Shown here: positions 18,119-25,897 of the stretch, piece after piece
How positions within the stretch are numbered: position 1 is the first letter of the stretch
How the letters are laid out: each line of letters starts with the position of its first letter
DNA from: a virus
Strand: one strand, 5' to 3'
Length of the DNA: 64,000 bases
Virus record (IMG/VR): IMGVR_UViG_3300042346_000326
Span: 33,381 to 97,380 of that record
Position numbers and translations under genes: made by a program
Notes under the pieces: model-generated
Told to the model about the DNA's origin: nothing
The model's input: the letters and a program-made list of their open reading frames with translations, nothing else
Databases searched by the model: none

Positions 18119-18444
18119 TGAGCAATCTAGGCCCTCAATTCGACCCCTTACAAGAGGCTAGGAGTATCAAGAACAATAAGAGCCGCCTAACTAGGACCCT
18201 AAAGGCCGTAGGACTAGAGCCACGGAGACGATTTAAGTCAAGAAGCGGAAAGGTATCGATGCAATCTGCAGGATTGGTATACACCGCTACAGATAGCAAC
18301 AGTACAACGGTCCACTACGCCACTGGTAGTCCTGGAGATAACAACGTGGAACCATATCATCAGCGGATACTAAAGGCCCTTATCGATGCCGACTACAACG
18401 CTTCAATGAAGGATGGCAAAATTCACGTACAGCACTCTATGTGA
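18118..18444 (+). CDS. hypothetical protein with N-terminal NLGPQF tag
   Basis: ATG overlaps the upstream TAA (TAATG); start reassigned from 18061. Confidence 0.65.
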   Translation: MSNLGPQFDPLQEARSIKNNKSRLTRTLKAVGLEPRRRFKSRSGKVSMQSAGLVYTATDSNSTTVHYATGSPGDNNVEPYHQRILKALIDADYNASMKDGKIHVQHSM

Positions 18445-18456
18445 TAGGCTCTGTCT

Positions 18457-18618
18457 ATGAGCATCGAGAAGCGAATCGGCAAGGTATGGATATATTTTGG
18501 TTGGAACTTTAGAAGAGTTGCATTTGGAATCTCAGTAGACCGCTTTGAGATAGCGTTTGATTTTCTATTCTGGTACTTCACAATTGAATTTTGGCCAATA
18601 TTTTCCAGTAACGACTAG
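18457..18618 (+). CDS. small aromatic/hydrophobic protein (53 aa)
   Basis: MSIEKRIGKVWIYFGWNF...; TGA-TAGGCT -10 ends 6 nt upstream (leaderless). Confidence 0.55.
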   Translation: MSIEKRIGKVWIYFGWNFRRVAFGISVDRFEIAFDFLFWYFTIEFWPIFSSND

Positions 18619-18682
18619 TACCTCCCCTAGCAGATAAGATTTCACGCTATCTTTTTTAGGCAGTAGCCTCATAATACTCTTT

Positions 18683-18799
18683 ATGAGTAGCCTGTCTGCA
18701 AACCAATTCGTAATGCCTAAAGAGCAGTATGTAAATGTCGCCATGCAGATGATGCCTCCATCAGGGGCCACTAACACAGCAAGTAGCACCAAGGCATGA
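18683..18799 (+). CDS. 38-aa peptide with SLSANQF tag
   Basis: MSSLSANQFVMPKEQ...; CATAAT -10 upstream; ATGA overlap with next gene; not in the ORF track. Confidence 0.6.
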   Translation: MSSLSANQFVMPKEQYVNVAMQMMPPSGATNTASSTKA

Positions 18800-19329
18800 G
18801 CAGATACGCAGAGTTCAGTGATTCAGCAGGTCGCCACTATGTAGAAGGCGAGATGCCCGAACAAGTCAAATATCGTCACAAGTTATCTAACTTTGGAGAA
18901 CCTAGGCGCATCTCGGTCTATGACCCTAGTGACTCAACGCCACGTCGTGCTAGTGAACAGGGCCATATAGAAGAACATCCAAAAGGTGAACCTGGTCTTG
19001 TGGGATATGCAGATATCTATCGTGAAAAAGGCGGCGAACAATTCGGCACTCTAACAAATGCAGAGGGAAAGAAAGAGCCACTCATTAGTAAGGCCCATAC
19101 CAATATCGGCTTTGTAACAGTAGAACCCAAACATCGTGGTGGCGGCATATCAAAACAACTAATTAACTATGTAGATAAGACCACACCAAAAGATGCCCAA
19201 GTAAATTTTGGTGAGATTGCACACATCGGCATGGCCAAGATTGCTTCAAAGATGCAGGCAGAAAACCCAAGTCGTATTCATGCAAAAGACTTGTGGTACT
19301 ACAAAGACAAACTTAAGGAAGGCCAATGA
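18796..19329 (+). CDS. GNAT acetyltransferase
   Basis: IGFVTVEPKHRGGGISKQLI. Confidence 0.75.
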   Translation: MSRYAEFSDSAGRHYVEGEMPEQVKYRHKLSNFGEPRRISVYDPSDSTPRRASEQGHIEEHPKGEPGLVGYADIYREKGGEQFGTLTNAEGKKEPLISKAHTNIGFVTVEPKHRGGGISKQLINYVDKTTPKDAQVNFGEIAHIGMAKIASKMQAENPSRIHAKDLWYYKDKLKEGQ

Positions 19330-19721
19330 AGAAGACGCCTCCTCCTAAAAATCCTAATGACAGAAGAAACCTGTCGGGGGTTCAGTTTAGATACTTTCCA
19401 CCTGAAGATAAGTACTCATTTCATGAACTACATGCCATCTCTCCAGATGCTTATAACAAGAACAGCAGAACAGGAAAAGGATTAGTCGTCGGGCGGTTGC
19501 AGTGGCATCCAAAGTCTGGTGAGGTCAATTGGGTGCGCACACACGAGAACTATCGAGGCCTAGGTGTCGCATCTACGTTATGGGAAAAGGCTAATAAGTT
19601 ATCTGCCGATACTGGAATAAGAGCACCCAAACATTCTAAGCACCGCACTGACCAGGGCGATGCGTGGGCAAAATCTGTCGGGGGCGTTACGCCATCACGA
19701 GCCAACTATGAGGAGTGGTGA
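19326..19721 (+). CDS. GNAT acetyltransferase (paralog of 17813)
   Basis: VRTHENYRGLGVASTLW..HSKHRTDQGDAWA; NLSGVQF. Confidence 0.8.
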   Translation: MKKTPPPKNPNDRRNLSGVQFRYFPPEDKYSFHELHAISPDAYNKNSRTGKGLVVGRLQWHPKSGEVNWVRTHENYRGLGVASTLWEKANKLSADTGIRAPKHSKHRTDQGDAWAKSVGGVTPSRANYEEW

Positions 19722-20224
19722 TGAGTAACCTAGGTCGCCAGTGGAAACAGGACCCACTCATCATGACGCCAAAAGAATTAGAAGGCCATGTTCAAGATAC
19801 TCTAAAGTCAAATCCATTTAAAACAACTACAGAGAGAATTACAGATAACCCACATGGCGCTTGCTATGACGCTTCCTGTTTAATTCATGGCTATCTGCCA
19901 CATGGCTCACACGTCGCTGTCTATGGTGGAAAGCACCACGACCCAAAGTCTACAAATCCAGGAGACTGGTACAGCAATCACTTTGTACATCACGTACCTA
20001 CTACAGAGGGTATGCACGCTGTTGATTTGACGCATCGTCAATTTGATTCATCAGAGAAGACTCCCCTAGTAGAGCCACTACAGAAGTTTCAAGATAGAAA
20101 CGTAATGAAGGGCTTTAGAACTCTGCGCACTGATGCAGAGCACGCAAAGTTATACACAGAGGGTAGAAAGACCAAGCCTCTAGGTAAGAAGATGGCTAGA
20201 GAATTGCGCAGGGATGTCACATGA
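19721..20224 (+). CDS. papain/transglutaminase-like Cys-His-Asp enzyme
   Basis: GACYDAS..NHFV..AVDLTHRQF; N-terminal NLGRQW. Confidence 0.6.
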   Translation: MSNLGRQWKQDPLIMTPKELEGHVQDTLKSNPFKTTTERITDNPHGACYDASCLIHGYLPHGSHVAVYGGKHHDPKSTNPGDWYSNHFVHHVPTTEGMHAVDLTHRQFDSSEKTPLVEPLQKFQDRNVMKGFRTLRTDAEHAKLYTEGRKTKPLGKKMARELRRDVT

Positions 20225-20502
20225 GTGCATCAGATAACCTATCAAGCCAATTGTTTCATGGAACAAGGGCAAAGATAAAGGGACAGATAATTAACCCAGG
20301 TCCATCTGGATTTGCGTATGCAACAACTGACAGAGGTTCTGCAGAATTATTCGGCAAAACAAAGATGCCAGAAGGTGAACTAGGAGATAACAAGGTCTAT
20401 CGCGTTATGTCATTAGGAGAAACGACTACCAAGCCAGGTAACTTTAAGGGTGAGACTCACCACATCTCCGACACTGGCTTCTTGATATTAGGTGAAGCAT
20501 GA
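20221..20502 (+). CDS. ADP-ribosyltransferase-like (Arr / H-Y class)
   Basis: LFHGT..AYATTD..A..VYRV. Confidence 0.6.
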   Translation: MSASDNLSSQLFHGTRAKIKGQIINPGPSGFAYATTDRGSAELFGKTKMPEGELGDNKVYRVMSLGETTTKPGNFKGETHHISDTGFLILGEA

Positions 20503-20927
20503 GCGCCCTATCTAACGAGTTATTTTTTGAAGCACATCGCGGACTTCGTCTAAAGGGCAAAGAAAAAGTTAATAAAGACGAATTAGGTATGCACTGGTCT
20601 GCAGATAGAGATAAAGCAGATGAGTTTGCAACAAAGCACATAAATTGGCCTGAGTGGGAACATGGCAAGACTTATCATGCCCAGATACCTGTATCTGCTG
20701 TAGAGACTGGATTCACTCGTCTACGTGACAGTGGCTTCGCTAACTTTGCTGGTAAAGACCCATTAGGTGAAAAGGAAGTGCCAGTAAAAGAGGGCGCTAC
20801 AGTAAAGGTCACAGGCGTTACTAGCCATCGTAGAACATACCTAGGACCTAACAAGACCGTTAATCAGGGAACGGCATTGAAGTCACGTACCCGTCGTTAC
20901 AACCCACCAAGAGAGATGAAGGCATGA
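20499..20927 (+). CDS. ADP-ribosyltransferase-like (R-S-E class)
   Basis: HRG..HWS..A..FA..EKEV. Confidence 0.65.
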   Translation: MSALSNELFFEAHRGLRLKGKEKVNKDELGMHWSADRDKADEFATKHINWPEWEHGKTYHAQIPVSAVETGFTRLRDSGFANFAGKDPLGEKEVPVKEGATVKVTGVTSHRRTYLGPNKTVNQGTALKSRTRRYNPPREMKA

Positions 20928-21109
20928 CTTGTCGTCATGTCTATGAATATGTTGGGGCGGCAATATGTCCCGCGTGCGGGCGCGATACGCACGAACCAGA
21001 CACCGAACTTCATAACAAGTTGTTCAAAGAGCATTACGAGCAGGGCCGTCATCTGGTATACAAGTGTCCTGTAGAGGGCGGCACTATACGAGGTTGGTGG
21101 AGCATATGA
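20924..21109 (+). CDS. small Zn-ribbon protein
   Basis: CRH..CPACG; coupled on both sides. Confidence 0.55.
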   Translation: MTCRHVYEYVGAAICPACGRDTHEPDTELHNKLFKEHYEQGRHLVYKCPVEGGTIRGWWSI

Positions 21110-21537
21110 GTGCACCTTTATCTGAACCGTTGTTTCATGGTTCAAGCCATCCCTTTAACAAGGGCGACATTATTAAGCCTATGGAGATGGACCACGCACA
21201 TGCCACAACAGATAAGGCATATGCCAATAACTACTCGACATTAGATGCAGAACGAGATTACAGTAGAGACCCAAAGTCTTTATTTACATATACCTACAAA
21301 GTCAGTCCTGTAGATGAAAAAGAGATGCACTCAGAGACAGAACCGTGGAGAACTGACCCAGTTAAAAAGAACCTACGTCTTGCTAAAGACATTCCTAATA
21401 TCTATGTGTCCAAAAAAGGATTTAAAGTAGAGGGCATCGAGTCAATGAGGGCGCACCCACAGATAGTTACAGATAACAAGGTTCTAGAGAACGCTCTGAG
21501 CGCTTGGAGACGAAAACGTGACAGAGAAGAGTCCTAA
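21106..21537 (+). CDS. ADP-ribosyltransferase-like (Arr-like)
   Basis: PLSEPLFHGS..GDIIKP..AHATTD..YTYKVSP; start reassigned from 21064. Confidence 0.6.
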   Translation: MSAPLSEPLFHGSSHPFNKGDIIKPMEMDHAHATTDKAYANNYSTLDAERDYSRDPKSLFTYTYKVSPVDEKEMHSETEPWRTDPVKKNLRLAKDIPNIYVSKKGFKVEGIESMRAHPQIVTDNKVLENALSAWRRKRDREES

Positions 21538-21661
21538 TCCTGCTAGGGTCAAGAAGGTCCAGGAATTAAGGCGCTCTAACGCTGCTACCCCTGTCCCCTC
21601 TAAAAAGGTCTATACAAGGAAGAAAAAGCATTCAAAGGGCGCAAATCGGGCATCTCTTTAG
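21518..21661 (+). CDS. small basic protein (47 aa)
   Basis: VQELRRSNAA..SKKVYTRKKKH; not in the ORF track. Confidence 0.5.
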   Translation: MTEKSPNPARVKKVQELRRSNAATPVPSKKVYTRKKKHSKGANRASL

Positions 21662-21719
21662 GCTCAAACCCAAGTTGACCCCTTTGGTATCCTTGGGTAC
21701 TGGAGGCGAAGGGGAGACC

Positions 21720-22271
21720 ATGACAACAATCATTGGAGTTCAGTACGAAGACCACTGCCTATTTATGGCAGATAATCAAGTTACATTAGATGGTGGTCGT
21801 CGTTACAAACACCCCGATATGAAAAAGATTAGCAAGGTAGGCGAATACCTTGTTGCAGGTTCTGGCGAAGTTGCACCATGCGATATTGCGCAACATCTAT
21901 GGACGCCACCTGCTATGTCTGCCAAAGACAGAAAAGATACTTATCACTTTGTTATTGCTAAGTTGATGCCATCGCTACGCAAATGTCTTGAAGACAATGG
22001 CTACGATTTCGATGAAGGCAAATCTGACGGCAAGTCAGGTGAATCACGATTCAATCTGCTTGTTGCCGCTAATGGTCAGATATTCGACATTGCCGATGAT
22101 ATGTCGGTCTGTATGTCAGATGCTGGCTTCTATGGCGTTGGCTCTGGCTCTCCATATGCATTAGGTGCTCTCTATGGTGGTGTTAAGCCAGAAAAGGCTA
22201 TGGCTGTTGCTGAGAAGATAGATGTCAATACTTCTGGGCCGTTTCAGAAAGAAGTTCAGTACAAGAAGTAA
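21720..22271 (+). CDS. HslV/proteasome-beta-like Ntn protease
   Basis: MTTIIGV (N-terminal Thr), ADNQVT, K, GSGSPYALGAL; GGGGAG RBS. Confidence 0.85.
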   Translation: MTTIIGVQYEDHCLFMADNQVTLDGGRRYKHPDMKKISKVGEYLVAGSGEVAPCDIAQHLWTPPAMSAKDRKDTYHFVIAKLMPSLRKCLEDNGYDFDEGKSDGKSGESRFNLLVAANGQIFDIADDMSVCMSDAGFYGVGSGSPYALGALYGGVKPEKAMAVAEKIDVNTSGPFQKEVQYKK

Positions 22272-22275
22272 CTTT

Positions 22276-22291
22276 TGTGAAATAAATCACA
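22276..22291. promoter_or_regulatory. CRP/GlxR consensus site
   Basis: TGTGA-AATAAA-TCACA just upstream of the extended -10 TGA-TATAGT. Confidence 0.55.
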
Positions 22292-22361
22292 CTCTGATAT
22301 AGTTACATATACGGCTTGCCATTCGGGAGCCATTAAACCTAGTCTCGTCTAAGGAGAGATT

Positions 22362-22847
22362 ATGACACCCTATGAAGTTATGAAAAAGAAATCTACGTAT
22401 CCTGATTACGCACATAAAATGGAAACCCCAAAGGACCCCTTTACAACACTTGAACCCTTTTTAAATTCATGGACTATCGGTTTTGACCGACACTTCCAAC
22501 TACTTGAGGAGTTGCGCAATGCATCAAAGTCAACCTATCCCCCATACAACATCGTACAAGTTGATGACGGAGAGACCTACATCATCGAGATTGCAGCGGC
22601 TGGCTTCACCAAAGAGGATATCGAAGTCTCTTTTAGAGAGAACCAACTTATCGTCACTGGAAAGATGGAAGATGATTCAGCCCAGTATCTCCACAAAGGC
22701 ATAGCATCACGGGACTTCGAACAGTCCTTTGCCCTTGCCGATGATGTAAGGGTAGTAGACGCATCTATGCAGGATGGAATTCTGTCCATTCGTCTAGAGC
22801 GAGAAATTCCTGAACATAAGAAACCACGAACAATTACTATCAAGTAA
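22362..22847 (+). CDS. small heat-shock protein (Hsp20/IbpA family)
   Basis: YPPYNIV..IEIAAAGF..YLHKGIASRDF..F.LA..DGILSI. Confidence 0.93.
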   Translation: MTPYEVMKKKSTYPDYAHKMETPKDPFTTLEPFLNSWTIGFDRHFQLLEELRNASKSTYPPYNIVQVDDGETYIIEIAAAGFTKEDIEVSFRENQLIVTGKMEDDSAQYLHKGIASRDFEQSFALADDVRVVDASMQDGILSIRLEREIPEHKKPRTITIK

Positions 22848-22926
22848 TATACGTCACACAATTTAATACGAGGCTCCTGGGCATGAGCACGCAAAAACTG
22901 CCCATTCAATCTGCTAGGCTTTTCGT

Positions 22927-23433
22927 ATGATTGTTAGCCTTAGTAAAGAAGAAGTCCGTGCATGTGCGGACATTGCGTTAAATCGTTGGATGATGAAGTG
23001 GGGCTCTATTGACCGCCCTAATTATGCTGGCGATAATAAAGCAAAACTAGAACCAGAAATTGCAGCCAACGTTAGAACTATCGTTGCAGAATACGCTGTG
23101 GCAAAACTTTATAAAATGCCACTAACATTTCCGTTCTATCCAAATGAAGAACATCCATTTAGACAGCACATTCCTGATGTTGGCTCTAATGTTGAGGTTA
23201 AGAGTGTTAGAACACGAGATGAGATTCCAGTCTTTCCTAAAGACATTAAACCTGGTCGCCTTCTCGTGGGCGCACGCGTACTCGACCGCGACTACTACTC
23301 AGAGGTAGAGGTATACGGTTGGCTACGAATGGAAGATGTGCAACGAGATGAATGGAAATACGTACCAGAGGGTTCATGGCGTATTCCATTGACTGAGTTC
23401 AACGACTCAATACCAGAGGTCGTGTATGTCTAA
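22927..23433 (+). CDS. hypothetical protein, possible PD-(D/E)xK fold
   Basis: PDVG..VEVKS; leaderless TGC-TAGGCT promoter. Confidence 0.5.
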   Translation: MIVSLSKEEVRACADIALNRWMMKWGSIDRPNYAGDNKAKLEPEIAANVRTIVAEYAVAKLYKMPLTFPFYPNEEHPFRQHIPDVGSNVEVKSVRTRDEIPVFPKDIKPGRLLVGARVLDRDYYSEVEVYGWLRMEDVQRDEWKYVPEGSWRIPLTEFNDSIPEVVYV

Positions 23434-23689
23434 GACACAGGATAAGAGAAAGCAGAAAAAAATAGAACACGCAGAATTTATATGGAGGCAAGCGCAACTA
23501 AAGGCTGCCCTTGCCAAAACAGAGTTAGACCTAGCCATAGAGACGTTTAAGGAATTTACAGGAGAAATGACAGAAGAACAGATAAAACAGACCGAAGAGA
23601 AGACCCAAGAGCAGTACAAGCGCATCGAGGAGTACCTCATGAGCGAAAAAGAATTGTATTTAGAACGTATGGGTATCCAACACGACTGA
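23426..23689 (+). CDS. coiled-coil hypothetical protein
   Basis: 87-aa helical ORF. Confidence 0.55.
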   Translation: MSKTQDKRKQKKIEHAEFIWRQAQLKAALAKTELDLAIETFKEFTGEMTEEQIKQTEEKTQEQYKRIEEYLMSEKELYLERMGIQHD

Positions 23690-23699
23690 TAATTGTCCT

Positions 23700-23900
23700 G
23701 TGCTAAAACTTACTCTTGCTCTAGTGACCTCTGCAGCACTTTTGACTGGCTGCGGGTATGACGGTCACTTTAGATACCCTTGCCAAGACCCTACAAATTG
23801 GGAAACAGCAGAATGCAAGCCACCTATCTGTACTGCTTCAGGAACCTGTCCTGTAGACTTAGTAAAGACCCCTCAACCAAAAGGCCCACCAAATGAGTAA
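23700..23900 (+). CDS. Cys-rich lipoprotein
   Basis: Signal peptide with LTGC lipobox. Confidence 0.7.
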   Translation: MLKLTLALVTSAALLTGCGYDGHFRYPCQDPTNWETAECKPPICTASGTCPVDLVKTPQPKGPPNE

Positions 23901-24303
23901 AGAACGCTTATCACCACAAGACCTAGACGCTAGATTAAAGTTTATTTTAGGAATCACACTAGGAACAATTCTTCTATGCACATCATTAGGCATTCTTTAC
24001 GGCCTCCTATTTGTGACACAGCCAATAGGTGCTCAGTCTGAGAACGACAAGATGTTCTTTAACGTTCTAGGAAGCGTAGCAACGTTTATCACAGGTACCC
24101 TGGCTGGTCTTCTTATTGGTCAGAGCGGTGCCAAAGATGTCATGAAAGCAGTTCAAGACAATAAAGAAATTGATGCCAAGAATACAAGAGAAGACAAGAA
24201 ATTAGAAGCAGAGATTGATGCTACAGCAGCACGTCTAGCAGCAAAGCCAGATGGCGCAATGCCAGAGGAACAGCCTGTTGATACAGATTGGGACAAAGAC
24301 TAA
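23893..24303 (+). CDS. two-TM membrane protein (holin-like)
   Basis: Two hydrophobic helices; directly precedes the endolysin. Confidence 0.55.
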   Translation: MSKERLSPQDLDARLKFILGITLGTILLCTSLGILYGLLFVTQPIGAQSENDKMFFNVLGSVATFITGTLAGLLIGQSGAKDVMKAVQDNKEIDAKNTREDKKLEAEIDATAARLAAKPDGAMPEEQPVDTDWDKD

Positions 24304-24854
24304 TGGCAGACCAAGGAACAGCAGCACGCCTTATTGAAGTTGCTAAAGCAGAAATTGGCGTTATCGAAGGACCAAAAGATAATGAGACTAAGTACGGTGC
24401 TTATACTAAAGCCAACTTCCAACCATGGTGTGGTTCTTTTGTTATGTGGTGTGGCAACGAGGCTGGAGTAAAGATTCCTAACACTGTATACACACCAAGT
24501 GGAGCAGCGGCATTTAAGAAGGCTGGTGCATGGATTGACGGAGATGTTGCAGACCCAGAACCAGGAGATATAGCCTATTTTGATTTCCCATCAGATGGCG
24601 TCGATAGGATTTCTCACGTAGGTATTGTTATTAAAGACAATGAAGATGGCACTGTTTGGTGTATCGAAGGCAACACATCTTCTAAGAAGTCTGGAAGTCA
24701 AAGAAATGGTGGAGAGGTCTGCAAACAACTTCGGGCCTATAAGAAGAACAAGGCTAACGTAATGATTTCAATTGTTGGTTTTGGTCGTCCAAAGTTTAAA
24801 AAGACAGCAGAAAAAACTGAATCTTCTACCAAGTGTCCTACTTGCGGTAAGTAA
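24303..24854 (+). CDS. CHAP-domain endolysin
   Basis: PWCGSFVMW, HVGIV, IEGNT; start reassigned to TAATG at 24303. Confidence 0.88.
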   Translation: MADQGTAARLIEVAKAEIGVIEGPKDNETKYGAYTKANFQPWCGSFVMWCGNEAGVKIPNTVYTPSGAAAFKKAGAWIDGDVADPEPGDIAYFDFPSDGVDRISHVGIVIKDNEDGTVWCIEGNTSSKKSGSQRNGGEVCKQLRAYKKNKANVMISIVGFGRPKFKKTAEKTESSTKCPTCGK

Positions 24855-25073
24855 CAATGACTCTTCCTACCAAGAAGAAAAAAATAATAGCCCGTATTTA
24901 AGGTTTAGTTGCCGCTAACCGTTTTCCACACGAAGCACACATTGTGTAGGTATATCCTGTAAATGGACAGGCTATGGCTTCTTTAACTCTGTGTCTACAA
25001 AAAGTCTGTTTTATAAGTTGTTTGAACATGGGTTGACCATAACATACTCGTTTTTATAGGGCAAACTAGTAGG

Positions 25074-25277
25074 GTGACTGTTACAAGTGCTAAGGTAAGC
25101 CTAAAAGTAAACGACCGTTGTGACAAATGCGGTGCTCAGGCAATGATTCGTGCTACTTTACTTACTGGAGAGTTGTACTTCTGTGGGCACCACGCTCGTC
25201 AGATTGCAACTCCTCTTGTACTTAAATCAATTGAAGTCTATGACCCACAAGGTGTGTTTAATTATGGAAAACAATAG
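25074..25277 (+). CDS. small actinobacterial-type Zn-binding protein
   Basis: DRCDKCGAQA..GELYFCGHH. Confidence 0.7.
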   Translation: MTVTSAKVSLKVNDRCDKCGAQAMIRATLLTGELYFCGHHARQIATPLVLKSIEVYDPQGVFNYGKQ

Positions 25278-25620
25278 ATATGTGCTTGGTCAGGGGATTT
25301 TTGGAGGAATTAAGGGAAGTTATGGTAGATATAGCGTGGGACCTCGTGTGAACAGTCTTTCAACACAGTTTAATGATTACATGGATACTGTAGAAGAAAG
25401 TAAACGTCGTCGTTTCAAGAGAAAAAAAGAATCAGGTTATTCAGGCGCAGGTTTCTGGTTTGGTCTTTACCCAAACATGGTTGCAGGTATGGGCTCAGGA
25501 ACAGGTGTGATGAATCCTGACCAAGTCCCTGCAGATGCTGGTTCTGGACAAACTGCTGCAACAACAGATGGTATGGGAATGGGTGGAACATCTTTTAATG
25601 GCGCTGGTGGTGTTAGTTAA
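25264..25620 (+). CDS. Gly-rich hypothetical protein
   Basis: MENNRY start; coupled to next ORF. Confidence 0.55.
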   Translation: MENNRYVLGQGIFGGIKGSYGRYSVGPRVNSLSTQFNDYMDTVEESKRRRFKRKKESGYSGAGFWFGLYPNMVAGMGSGTGVMNPDQVPADAGSGQTAATTDGMGMGGTSFNGAGGVS

Positions 25621-25853
25621 TGGATGAAGTATTTGGTTCTCCTAAAATGCAACGACAAACATTACGTGTTAATCAACGTCGTGGAATTAAACAACACTTT
25701 GGGTACAACACTAATTTAGGTTACAAATCAAAAGCAGAACCAAGTGTTGTTTCTTGGAACAATCGTGGTCGTGGTGTACAGGGTGAATCTGTTAACTCAC
25801 ACAATCCTGCTGCGTCTAAATTTATAGTGCGAAGAAATTGGAAACCAGTATAA
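25620..25853 (+). CDS. small basic hypothetical protein
   Basis: TAATG coupling. Confidence 0.55.
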   Translation: MDEVFGSPKMQRQTLRVNQRRGIKQHFGYNTNLGYKSKAEPSVVSWNNRGRGVQGESVNSHNPAASKFIVRRNWKPV

Positions 25854-25897
25854 TTTAAGTCTTGAGGGGTACAAGATAAAAGATTCCGAGGGGTTTC

